64,000 bases of DNA, from positions 13,640,001-13,704,000 of the forward strand of contig NC_081331.1 in assembly GCF_022539665.2 (NCBI RefSeq), read 5' to 3'. The number at the start of each line of letters is the position of its first letter. Positions within the stretch are counted from its first letter, which is position 1. A program made the translations under genes and the position numbers. The notes below the pieces were generated by a model that saw nothing but the letters and a program-made list of their open reading frames with translations, made no database searches and was not told the DNA's origin. Shown in pieces: positions 24,091 to 35,640 of the stretch. This stretch comes from Daphnia carinata. Its lineage: Eukaryota.

Positions 24091-25583
24091 TCAAGCGATT
24101 TTAATTGTGCGTTGTTGTTGAATGGCCAAAGCAGCGATGGTGACAAGTCCGAGAGAGACGGAAGATACCCAATCGCTGTTGGATACCTTATCTTTCACCA
24201 TGTCGAAAACCGTGGTAAATGTCGGCTCCAGCATCAGTGAGTCATCTTCCTTGTTAATTATACGAATATCGCGACGAGTCATTCTCTTCTCAGAAAGATC
24301 TCTGGCCCCGAGACGACTTGTTTCCGATACAGTTGCAAGACGATCATCGCGACGTTGATCAACTCGACGTTCAACATCTTCACGAGATCGTTCGTCGCGG
24401 CGTTCGTCATTGCGGCGCCCTGCAATATCCCGTTCGACAGATTGGTCCCTACGCTCGACAACAACACGGCGTTCATTGTTTTCTTGGGCACTATCCTGGA
24501 TAGCTCGACGTTCGCTACGAACATCAAGATTCATTGTCCTGCGCTCTTCGCTTCGACGTTGTTCGACTCGTTCATCATCGTTTTCGTTTTGACGTCTTTC
24601 TTCTCGTCGATTCTCGTTAGATCGATGCTGGCGACGTTCAGTTGTTCTTTCTACTTCATTTCTGCGTTCGTCAACTCGAATCTGTCCGTTGTCTTGGCGA
24701 TTTTCTTCTCTTCTTTCCTCAACCGATCGACGCTCACGTTCTTCACCTGTTCGGCGTTGTTGAACACGTTCGTCTTGGCGTCGGTCAGATCGACGTTGCG
24801 TTTCACGTTCATCTTGGCGTCGATCAGATCGACGTTGTGTTTCACGTTCATCTTGGCGTTGGTCAGACCGACGTTGCGTTTCACGTTCATCTTGGCTTCG
24901 ATCAGATCGACGTTGCATTTCACGTCTTTCTTCTTGGCGTTCGTTCTGTTGACGAACGACCGATCTTTCCACTTCATTCCGGCGTTCAGCGCTTCGGCGC
25001 TCATCATTCCTGTTTTCATCTCTTCGGTTTTCGACGACACCTCGACGTTCGTCCATTCTCCTTTCGCTAGATTGCCTGTCTTCGCGGAGCTGATCTCGAC
25101 GGTCGGCCACCCTACGTTCTTCTTCACGATGTTGATCGACACGACGCTCCGTTTGGCTTCGGACAGCCGAGCGTGTCACGTCCGCTGGTTGGCGTCTATC
25201 TTCCGTTCTACTTCTCTCCATACGACGATCGTCAGGTGTTGAACGCTCATCGACTTCTCGACGGTGAGTTTCTGATGTACGCCGACGATCTTGTTCCATG
25301 CGGCGTTCATCGTTCAAAACTCTTCTAGTTTCTTCTTTTAAATCGTTAGGATTTAAAAGGTTCCTTTCGTCATTGCTGAAATTTCAAACAGATAATAGAA
25401 AGTGCAATTTTAACATGCAAAAGACGTTGAATTAAGAGTTCTGACAACGGAAATTAGTTAACATTTAAATTAGAATGATAGTACTTACCGAATATTGCCT
25501 AGAGCAACCGAAGAGTCGCAATGATATTGGCTGATGGCCAGTACTAGCCAAAGAGAAGCTGTGACAAGCAACAGTTTAACCAT
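24091..25583 (-). CDS. Signal-peptide-bearing, Arg/Glu/Asp-rich low-complexity protein with a C-terminal hydrophobic segment
   Basis: Exon 1 (25489-25583) reads MVKLLLVTASLWLVLAISQYHCDSSVALGNI and splices in phase 2 (cg|c) to exon 2 (24091-25375). A TATAAATA lies at about 25713-25720. The C-terminus is WVSSVSLGLVTIAALAI. Confidence 0.8.
24765..24920. repeat. Coding tandem repeat, 4 x 39 nt (13-aa unit ~QRRSDRRQDERET)
   Basis: Units start at 24765, 24804, 24843 and 24882, with consensus cacgttcatcttggcgtcgatcagatcgacgttgcgttt. Confidence 0.9.
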
Positions 25584-26878
25584 CTTTTTGATTAGGGTCT
25601 TTTTCGTAAATGTATTAGTTAGTGAAGTTAGGCTGTTATATGCTACTCTGTTGTGAGGACTTACTCCAGCCAAGAGCGCCGAGTTCTTTGGTTTCTTTCC
25701 ACGAACGCGGTCGCTATTTATACAAGGATGGTGGGGTAAGAACAGAATGACGCCGACACAGTCTTGTTATCACGAATTGGCAGGCGAGAACTCGCCAAGT
25801 CATTTGAATCAATAACGCCTGAATGGTGACAAGATCCATTCATAATGAACATATCCGAAGAATGGGCCTTTGGATATTGTGCTTAACCACGAAATGTGAA
25901 TGAAATCACTTCTTTGCCTTTCTCTAAAGCCAAAATCGCCATTGCTCAATAGAAGTGGAAGAGGATTTCACATGTCAATGCTTCTCGGAATACGATATTT
26001 ATGAGAAAAAATTAACGGTGCGTAATATATGATGGGATTTTTAATGTTAATGGGTGGACTTGCTGTGGCTAATTTTACTTGGAATGAGGTTATCAAATTA
26101 ATATTCCAACATCATACACGGGAAAATTATTTTCTTTCCGAACATAAGATCGTCTTGCTTTTTCATTTTTCAGGTTCTATTAAAAATAATCTTTTTGGCT
26201 TGCTCTTCTTTTTTGCTTACTATCGGTTGCTTTAATGTTAATGACGTTACTTTCTATCGTTAAACTGCAGACGGGAATTTTGCGATTCATTTGAATCAAT
26301 TCCGCTTGGATAGCAATTCTTTCACGGTAAGGTTGAAATCTTACCACCCCTTGTGTTTCTAATAGATAAACGTCTTACCTTGCTATTCTTTCTTATTTAC
26401 TTGAAAGTTATCTAATAATTTCACCAGCTCTGCCTCAAAAAAACATGGGTAATCCTGTTTCATTCTAGCAACGAAAAAGTTTCCTGCTCTTACACGGACT
26501 TGTAAAACATCAAAAGGGATATGTTAGTTTCTAAGCAATTAAATGAAAGTCCGTCTTCTGAATAGCATCACCTTTTTAACTGTTGCATCTTCGATAAACA
26601 CCTAAAGGATGACGCATAGGTCAGCAGATTTTTCTTGCAGATTCCCGAGTATATTCGCTCTGTCTTACAGCACCCAAAATTATGAAAAGGCATAGTTGGT
26701 CCAATTTTAAATTTTACACTTAAAAAAAAATAGTTCTCTTTGAAAACCTATAGTGAAAAACATTCGAGAAAGTTCACCACAACCTAAATTTTTTGGTTTG
26801 GAGAAAACGGGTGAAGTAACCTTAGGGAAATTTGGGTATCCAGCTTTGATTTGTTTTTCCTTTGTCGTCGATATCTAC

Positions 26879-29118
26879 CTAATACCAATGACAAAGCCTT
26901 CGGACGGCATTTTTCCATGAACTGTACAATGGGGCATAATCCAACCTGTGATTGGAAAATGAAATGGTTCACTCGTGGCCATTTAAACAGTACCAATCTG
27001 AGATTTACCAGCGATTTTCAACAGGGAAGAAGACACGTTCAGTTTGTCGCATATTTTGCAATTCACTTCGCGATCTCCATATCCCTTAAAGAAATTAAGA
27101 ATATTAATCTCATTGTTTACGAATATCGTGCTCAAGTTGAGAATAGTACCGAAAGAGAGTCCTGCCATCAATGCGGCGCCATGAGCAGCACTTTCAATAA
27201 ATACAGGACGATCAATGGTCATCATAGTAAGATCAGATATCAGCTGCATCAGAAAATCATTGCTGACATTTCAGAAAAAAAAACGAGACGTTTCATATTT
27301 TAATCACGTTTTCGGATAACTTGCATCAACGGTAGACATTCTTATCCCTATGGCAAATATCTTACCGACTTACACCGCCATCGACCCGCATCTTCGTGAC
27401 GACTTGGCCTGTTTCCTGGTACATCAGCTGACACATTTGATAGACTCTGAAAGCTAAAGATTCGATTGCTGCTCGTAAAAGATGGGCTTTGCGTGTGGAA
27501 GGTTTGATCCCAATGAAACCTGTAGCAACGGTTTCGTCGTTGACGGGTGCCTAGTTTTACGCAACAATTTTAATAAACAAACACCTGAAAATTTAAATTT
27601 TTCTTTAAAGTACTTGGATTCCACTGAATGCTGGAACGAAAAAAACATCATCACTGTTTGGTATAGAAGTAATTATCTTTTCAATTTCGTCATAATCTTC
27701 AAATAGGTCAATCTCGCGACACCATTCGATGACAGTGGCCGTGTCAGTGGAATGACCTTCTGCAATGAACACCACTTCATCACCAATCTTCCACCCTACT
27801 ACCGGATACAAACCAGAGACCGAGGCATGTGGTTTATCGCTCGTATTGTACGAGACAAAGGAACCGGTGCCCATCGTTAACCGGACATCCCCTTGGTTGA
27901 AAGATAGCGAGCCGAATAACGAAGCGCCTTGATCCGATACCTAAACAATCGTTCCATTCTACATTACCGATGAGTATTACACAAAGAAAACAACAAATAC
28001 TTACAACGCAATGTATCGGAATTTCAGCACCGAAAACATTTTTATGAATAGAACCCCAATGGCTGCCACAGGAATCTTTAATTTCTGGAAGCATGGATTT
28101 AGGAATATCCAGCATGTTAATCAGCCAGTCAACCCATTGAAAAGTGTAAGGATCCCATAGCCCACTCACACAGACATTGCTGTAATCCGTTGCGTGGATA
28201 CGACCTTGCGTCAATCTATTGAGGACAAACCGGCAAACAATAATGGAACGCTTTCGAAAGAAATCACATAACACAAATTTTACCTATAGATAAGGTACGT
28301 CTCTATGGTACCCAAAAGAGCGTGTCCTTCTTGGGCTGCTTGACGGAGATTTTCGTGGTGGTCTAGGGCCCAGCGTAGACGTAATGAAACCAAACCATTC
28401 ATGAATTTAAAAGCACTACCAGCTAAATAGCGTTTGTTCCGAGTTGCTTTATGTAGGACGATGGAGCCCAAACGGATGCCCTGATTTTGGATTATAATTA
28501 AGATTTTGAAAAACTGTAAACAAATTAACTAGATATCACTTGAATTGTCCATGAGTTGTTCCATGATTTCACAAGATAGTCAGCTCTTAAATCTTTCCAC
28601 GTAATAAAATTGTGAAAAGGCTTTCCGGTCCGCTTATCCCACGTCACGAAAGAGCCCCGTTGTGTAGTGAGACCAAACACTTTGATGTCAGATGCATCGG
28701 CATCGGCATCTGTTATAAATGTTGAATTACTTATTATATACAGTTAAGGCAGATGACGTATATACTTTCTAGGGCTTGTTTGAAAACAGTCCGAAACTTA
28801 GTCCAGACGTCTTCGGGATCAATTTCGTTCCAGCCCTGTTGTGGATATATTTGATTCACCTGCAATGCACAAAATATTAGAAATTTTAAAAATCTTTATT
28901 AGAAAGAGAGTTGGTTGTTTTTTGCCTCCAGACATTGTATATTTGTTGACACTTTTACAGTTAAATTTCACCTTTACTGCGGCGCTAGACCTAACGCGTC
29001 CTTGGTGATCAAAGAGAAAGCAGCGAACTGAAGTGGTACCAAAATCCACGGACGCAATGAGCTTCCTACCCGCTGAAGACGACCGTTTCGAGTTTTTGTC
29101 GCCTCTTTTGCTAGCCAT
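26879..29118 (-). CDS. GK5: Glycerol kinase 5-like (FGGY family)
   Basis: Motifs IASVDFGTTSVRCF, YPQQGWNEIDPE, TQRGSFVTWDKRTGKPFHNFITWKDLRA, GTIETYLIYRL, TDYSN, TMGTGSF, FVPAFSGIQ, RVDGGVS and ESAAHGAALMAG. The last exon ends WKNAVRRLCHWY*. Confidence 0.93.
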
Positions 29119-30100
29119 CTTCAGAAGGCCAGCTTACTTCTTTCTGTGATGGCAGGCACAAACTGACTAATAACACGCCACCACCTGCTATATGAGATAA
29201 GATGGATAATGTAGTAGACTGAGATATGGTGATATTGCCTAAAAAAAAGATAGGAGCATTATACTTTCATGTCTCACAATCTAACAATAATAGTAACATG
29301 CATGTATGACAAAATAGGCCCACACACATTAATTCTGGAAAACAATAAACAGTTTTTTCTTTACCTAGTTCAGCTTAAGTAAGAAAATATTTAAAAATCT
29401 TTGTAGTAGAATGAAATAATAATATCTAAACCCAAATTTTACAAAGAATTAAAAACCTAACCTAGATAAGACTATAAATGACTTACCAATCTACTAAAAA
29501 GTTAATCTCACGTATACAACGATGTGTTCCATCAAATCTGTGGTTCAAAAAGTAGTAGAATCAACACGTTCTGCATAGCTGTTTCACCAGCAGCTGACAC
29601 GTTGTATCCCCTCAGAAAACAACGTTACACAATAAATAAAAGTAAGACTTTCTACATAGTTTCTAGCATTTTTATAGTTGGTAAACACCAGCCCTCCAGA
29701 CATGTGATGGCTCGGCCAATTCTGAGTACCTGAGACTCCTGAGGTCTGACCCACATATGGTAAAACGAAAACGTGACTGCCCAATGCAGGAATACTGTGT
29801 TTGAAGTGGAATACGGAATCGCCATCTGTTAGTCGACTTATTACTACTTTTTTTATGTTGGATAATTAGGACGGTATTAACTATATAAAAAATGAAATAA
29901 TTGAGCTATTTTAATTTTCATTTTGTGATTTTTACATTATAATATCAATAAAACGAATTTTTATTGCAAATTAATAAAAGATTTGAACGTTGCCGTTTGA
30001 CAGATTTTGTTGTCGTCTGCTGATCAACAACGAGGAAGAGGAAGCATAAAATTAAACTGAGTATCAACCGGCTTCAGGTTTTTTCATATTCAAGTAAACA

Positions 30101-30594
30101 ATGGATGAGAGTGATTTAGACAAACCCCAAGATTCAAAAGGCCAAAAAAAATCTACTAGGCAGCACGATGGTGGTGCAGCTGATCTGGAAAAGGTCACCG
30201 ATTACGAAGAGGAGCGAGTCGTTTTGTCACAAGACATTACTGGGGTAAAAATTGAATATCACATATATATAAAGATATAGAGCGTAAACAGTTCAATGTG
30301 CAATATACATACATGTGATTTGCAGGCCATCAATCTCATTGATAACCGTAGAAGCAAAGAGGAAGCTGAACGCCAAGCCAAAGAACGTGAATTGGCAAAA
30401 GTTTCAATCAAGAAAGAGGATGTAGAAGTTTTGGTAAGACGGTGTCCCACATGATTTGTTTTTCATCAGCTAATTCAGATTATTTTTATTTATAGATCAA
30501 GGAAACCGAAATCCCGAGAACAAAGGCAGAAAGAATCTTAAGAGAAAACAAGGGTGATCTGGCATCTGCCTTGAGACAAGTCATAAATTGTTAG
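30101..30594 (+). CDS. HYPK: Huntingtin-interacting protein K (NatA regulator)
   Basis: Three exons, absent from the ORF track: ...RQHDGGAADLEKVTDYEEE..|..EREL AKVSIKKEDVEVL|IKETEIPRTKAERILRENKGDLASALRQVINC*. The C-terminus is UBA-like. Confidence 0.93.
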
Positions 30595-30656
30595 TGTGAT
30601 TCTTTTAAATACACAGTAAACTTCTATCAGTGTATTGACTGAAAAAAAATACTAAC

Positions 30657-31713
30657 CTACACATACTTGAAAAACCATTTTTTGTCGTATGGGGATATCC
30701 AATCATGGCAACCACCCATATTATTTTTAATAACATATTCAGGGGTATAAGGGTTAACATTAGAAGCTGCCAACTCTTTTTCTTTCATTTTCTCTGCTTC
30801 CATCAGGTCATAGCTAGTTGCTTTTGCTTTGAAAGGTAGTATATGGGCGACTTCATTGAGGAAACTGAAAACCTGCACGAACTCGCATTTGCCACCCACC
30901 TCGACTATGACACGACCGGCTTTGATAGGCGTCACGTAATGATCGATGGCTCCTTTGCCTCCGCCCATACGTTTACCTTGACCCTACAAAATTTGAGTAT
31001 AAAAAGCAACAAGAAAATTAAGACATATACGCAGATGATGGCAATATTTACCTTCCGGGTGAGAGGTTGCCAGGGAGGATCTATCCTCCATACTGCAAAC
31101 ATTTTGGTTGCATCCATCTTTCTGTTGATGGTCATTCTTATCATTTCAATGTGACCAGAATTCAACCTGCCTCCACAGAGTGCCTGTTCATACATTATCT
31201 TGATTTTTATATTCCTCTTCCCTTGAAGATTAAATGCTTACCACAATACCATATTGCTTGTGAATGAATTCATTATGGATTAATTCAGGTCCTCTCATCA
31301 ATGTTAATCGTTTTGCCATTTTAGGGGGTTTCAGATTGGAAGCATATGTAGGCACTTTATCCATATAGGTGAGTTTTGGTTTCTCAGGTAACTCGATGCC
31401 TACCTTATTTAAATACAGAGTTATTTCAAATACATTTATATTGATGAAATTGAAAACAAACCAGAATAATCTATTGGAGGTGTATAACTCTTCATTCCAG
31501 CTGTTTGAATCACCATTCTTGGGCACCATTGCCTTAAAAATCCTGAAAAACAGCCATAATCAGTGGTGCAATTATTTATTAGCGAAAATTAAGGCCCTCA
31601 GATTCACGTTTCAAATTTCAAATCAGTTATTCTATCGGCAAGTAAGCAACATAATGTTTGGAGAGGTGTGATTAACACCATAGATTATAGGATATCTTAC
31701 TTGTGGAAAGCAT
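30657..31713 (-). CDS. mRpL16: 39S mitochondrial ribosomal protein L16
   Basis: Spliced product MLST|RFLRQWCPR..|IELPEKPKL..MRGPELIHNEFIHKQYGIV|ALCGGRL..H..MIRMTINRK..FAVWRIDPPWQPLTRK|GQGKRMGGGKGAIDHYVTPIKAGRVIVEVGG. Confidence 0.95.
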
Positions 31714-32392
31714 TATTGTGGAGTGAAAAATGTCTATACAAGTCACTATAGTTGAAGAAGAATATGTTAACACATATATAAATACAATCACAAGGATTTA
31801 TTACAATGCTTTCCCTATTCTGCCTGTACTTTTGTCTTACAATAAACTGATGAAGTAGAGATGAGCAGACGACGAACGGGAAGTTGCTGTTTATTCCCAA
31901 GAATGGACTGAACACGTGAAAGGCTAAAAGCTGAGAGCTATTTTTTAAATTTTTGGTGATGACGGACGCCTGCGTTCATTGACTTTGTGTTTGTTCATTT
32001 CACCTGTATCGTTACAGAATGTGAAAGAAAGTATTATATCTCACTACAAACTGAGAAGCTATTAGAATCAGTGGTATGAATTTTTGGAGGACCGGATAAA
32101 GAAGGAAGACTAACAAACTCGCCTTCATCCTTCTGCTTATAAACGTGGCCATTCCAAGAAAAACTATTCGACCAATGAAACGTTAGTAAAATGCTATGAT
32201 TTCACAGTAATTCTGTTAGTGGGCTAGTTTTTAAGGTGTTAATTGGCCATGGTACATAAAATGGATTTGTACCATGTGGGTATCGTATTCTGAGATAATT
32301 CGGCAATATGCTGACATTATCGAATCAATAGATTTGTATTTTTAAAATTTGAGCTTGTACAATTTCTTGGAAACTGTTAAGTCATCATAGCT

Positions 32393-33307
32393 TTAAGCGG
32401 TCTTGGGACGTGTCTCGACATATTTCTTGATTTGTGGAATGTTGCCAACATATGCAACCAACTTCTTCAGATGTGGTGTCTTACCGAGAATGCCTTCGCC
32501 CAAACGCTCCATCATCAGAGAAAAGAAAGAATAATAAGCCAAATCCGCCCAGGTAATCTGCAAAGATGGTTTAAATTGCATCAATCGCTATGAGCTAATT
32601 AAAATGTTCAATAAAGCCTCATCCACTAACCGATTTGCCAACTAAGAAACCGCTGCCATTCTCTATCAATTGTTGTTCCACTTTTTGCAAATGAGGGTTT
32701 ACCATATCTTGGAGAAACTGTTGATTGATTTCACAGAAAAAATATTATGTTAGCACGAAATACGAGTGGGAGGAAGTTAATCAAACCTTTTGAAACATTT
32801 CCTTTTGTTTATTTTTGTCTGTTTCGTTAACTATCGGTTTGGTTGCTGTCAAGTTGTACCATAAGGACACATTTTTTTAGATTAATGAGATCAACTGTTT
32901 TCTTTTTTTACGTCGTTGAAATCTGCTATTTACCTCCAATTAAGTCATAGATGCAATCGACATACATGTCTGCCTGACTTTGTTCCCAGTCATTTTGGCC
33001 GGCCAATCCGTGTTGTCGGGCGAGGTACCTGGCGATAGCATTCGACTGCGCTAAAGGTTTACCATCCACCTCCAAAACAGGAACCTGACCGAAGAGCGTA
33101 CCTGTTAATATCATGTATGACACTCAGATGAAATTCCGGACACTGCTTATGGTTATGGTTTCAAATTTTTATACCAGCTTTGTATTTGGGCCATTCTTCG
33201 CGCTCAAAACGAAAGTCTTCGAAAACAATTTCTTGGTGTTGAAGAATCAGTCGAGCCAGTTCAGCACGGCCGGTCGAATTAAAGTAAATCAATTTATAGT
33301 GAACCAT
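32393..33307 (-). CDS. Glutathione S-transferase, sigma class
   Basis: Five exons give MVHYKLIYFNSTGRAELARLIL..FEDFRF..EEWPKYK|TLFGQVPVLEVDGKPLAQSNAIARYLARQHGLAG..|FLVGKS|ITWADL..YVETRPKTA*. A TATAAAT lies near 33393-33399 on the minus strand. Confidence 0.95.
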
Positions 33308-33649
33308 GTCTTAACAGTGAATAGTTGCTGCCTAGTCAATAGCGGAACGGTTAAACCACAAGATCCAGAAGCGAAGTGACCGATCCCCTGCAATTTATAT
33401 CGTGCCAGACATAGGGGGACCAAGCAAACATTCGTTTCTCCTATGACTTGCACCTTACCAAATTATTACGCAATAACGACTTATCACGTAGACTTGTAAC
33501 AGTCTTGTAACCCATGAACTTAGCACTTTGCTATGCATATAGGGCGGTTCACAGTTCTTATCGTATACTTCCAATGTATGTTTGTATAATTACAACTAAT
33601 TAAAAAAAAATGATACATATCGTACAGATTTGTTATCGATGCTAATTTA

Positions 33650-34039
33650 TTACCCAAACAAGTAAAATGAGAATACAGCGATTAACCAAAGACTTGAAAA
33701 AATGGTAAATGAAAACAAGAAGGTTACTATGGGCCAATCGTCTCCATAGAAGCTGTCGCCTTTGTCGTCATTGTCTGCTTGATTGAGCTCAAGTTCGCTA
33801 GGCTCGTCAGTTGAAGGAAGCGTATCCCAAAATTCAGGTGGAAGCGGTGGTGGATTCCAAGCGGAAGGCGCGTCTAGCCATTTGGTGATGTTGTGCCATT
33901 TTTTCTTGTACCAAGGCTTATGCGTTTCTTTCCTTTCCTCCTCTTCCTGCATTAGTATTAACATATTCTGCACTTTGTCTTGTATGTTAGCTTGCTGGAT
34001 ATAAATGAATGGGAACATCGCTTCCTTCAAACACTCCAT
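33650..34039 (-). CDS. Hypothetical small tail-anchored membrane protein (129 aa)
   Basis: ATG-started single-exon ORF with an acidic/Pro-rich middle and a hydrophobic extreme C-terminus (WPIVTFLFSFTIFSSLWLIAVFSFYLFG). No family recognised. Confidence 0.5.
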   Translation of the reverse strand: MECLKEAMFPFIYIQQANIQDKVQNMLILMQEEEERKETHKPWYKKKWHNITKWLDAPSAWNPPPLPPEFWDTLPSTDEPSELELNQADNDDKGDSFYGDDWPIVTFLFSFTIFSSLWLIAVFSFYLFG

Positions 34040-34393
34040 TTTATCGTGCCGTGGGATTCTTGAGTCAAATTCGATTCAAATGTTGTTGTACCAATTGGCG
34101 ACTGGCATTTGCCTCCTGTTTTTGTAATTCTGGATCATGATGTTTCCTAATTTGAGATAAATACAGCCAATACATATAAACATTAGCGTTTCACATGTAG
34201 TTCATTCGTGCATGAACCCAAAGAAAAAATTCTGCCTCGGCGTAAAGCATTTTTATTGTAAATAATAAGGAATTGTCATTTTTTTGTAAAAAAAATAATT
34301 AGTGGCAGTTAAAAACAAACTCACTTACTACACTTATAAAATCACTTATTAAAAATATATAGTTATTAAACAAAAATAAAATACAAGGAATAT

Positions 34394-34968
34394 TCAGGTC
34401 GGTTTTTGAGTAGACGATGGTTTTTCCAACTGATCCAGTTTTCTGTGCCGTCTCATTGAGGAAAGGATACCATCCAGACTTGTAGTTTTCTTCTTCGCAC
34501 TGCCTCTTGGCTGTTTATTAACACCCATCCCAGGACCAACCCTGGTTGGGCCAGGTTTTGTTGTGGCACTGGGTTCATCCAGGAAGTCAAAATCAGACTT
34601 TTCTTCAGTTCTACAGAAAGCAAGTTTATTAATCCATTGCAGAAGAATACATGCCTGCCATGTTTTATGCTTTGTACTTTAGCTCTTCATTTTCTGTATC
34701 GCCTTCAACTTCTCCTGATTGGACCTCTTTTCTTCCCGGGCATACCCAATCGAGGGTCAAAAGTTTGCAGTCTTTTTCGCCTGTGTAACTTTCGAATAGT
34801 TGAACGACTGCAGCAGGAGAAGGAACCCATTGTTGACACTAGAAAAAACACAATTCCATGAATATTGGAAAATAAAAGTTTTGAGATTTCACTATATTAT
34901 ACCATAGAAGAATAAGTAAGCCCGTAGTTTTCATCATCGGAACAGTCCACTTTCCATTCTGGATCCAT
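34394..34968 (-). CDS. PAGR1: PAXIP1-associated glutamate-rich protein 1 (PA1)
   Basis: Three exons, not in the ORF track: MDPEWKVDCSDDENYG..|CQQWVPSPAAVVQLFE..LTLDWVCPGRK..|..SDFDFLDE..GSAKKKTTSLDGILSSMRRHRKLDQ. These match the W.V.CSDDE, W.P.P, W.CPGR, FDF.D and LD.VLS.M.RH motifs of PAGR1. Confidence 0.88.
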
Positions 34969-35640
34969 TTTTCGTTAATCAAAACAAAAAACTTAGAAAA
35001 AAACAAAACAAATGTCCGAACCCAGGACGCGGTAAAAACAACAAGCAAATTCAATTTTTTATCGTCACTCTAGCGGTCTTTTCGTAAATTCTTTCGCCAT
35101 CTGACGAGCTTGTTTTAATCTTTCTTAAGGTTTCATTTGCAGCTAAAAATTATTTCTTTAACCTAGAAAGTTATCAGATCTAATTTAGCTGTGATTCGGG
35201 AAACTGAGAAATTTTGTTAAACAGAATTGCCTGAAAGAATCTTGTGAGAAGAGTGTTCATGCGGTGGTTGCCCTACAGATGCCGTAGTTAATCAGACGTC
35301 ATGAAACGTCAAGAATATCTTTCTGAGTAATAAACATAAAAATTTTATCGGGCGTGTGCTCCAAGTAGTGAAGTGGAATGCATAGACGCATTTGATAGTA
35401 GTTTCTGCAGGAGAGAGAAAGAAAACGTGCCCATTGGCTTTGACAGCTACGACTGTACTGTGTTGTTCTCGTTCAGTGCACAGTCAACCCGGTGTTTATA
35501 AATAGACGTGAACCCTTTTTTTTCCCCTTCTCCTTTAATCTGTTTATATCTGCAAGGAAACGTCAACGCCAAGCAAAAAGAAGAGAAAAGGAAAAACAAT
35601 CAAAACAGTCCCTGATTCCAGTCCAATGGAAGCCCCGGCC

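Noticed and set aside
24765..24920. Regularly spaced repeats as a possible CRISPR array
   Set aside because: The units are contiguous in-frame coding repeats with no unique spacers, in a eukaryotic gene with no cas genes nearby.
24355..25242. 295-aa hydrophobic ORF on the + strand, and other overlapping ORFs
   Set aside because: This is the antisense shadow of the R/E/D-rich repeat gene; its biased codons lack stops in the complementary frames.
32249..32276. Hairpin catggtaca...tgtaccatg downstream of the GST gene
   Set aside because: A single 9-bp stem with no SECIS or other known motif, and no in-frame TGA in the GST.
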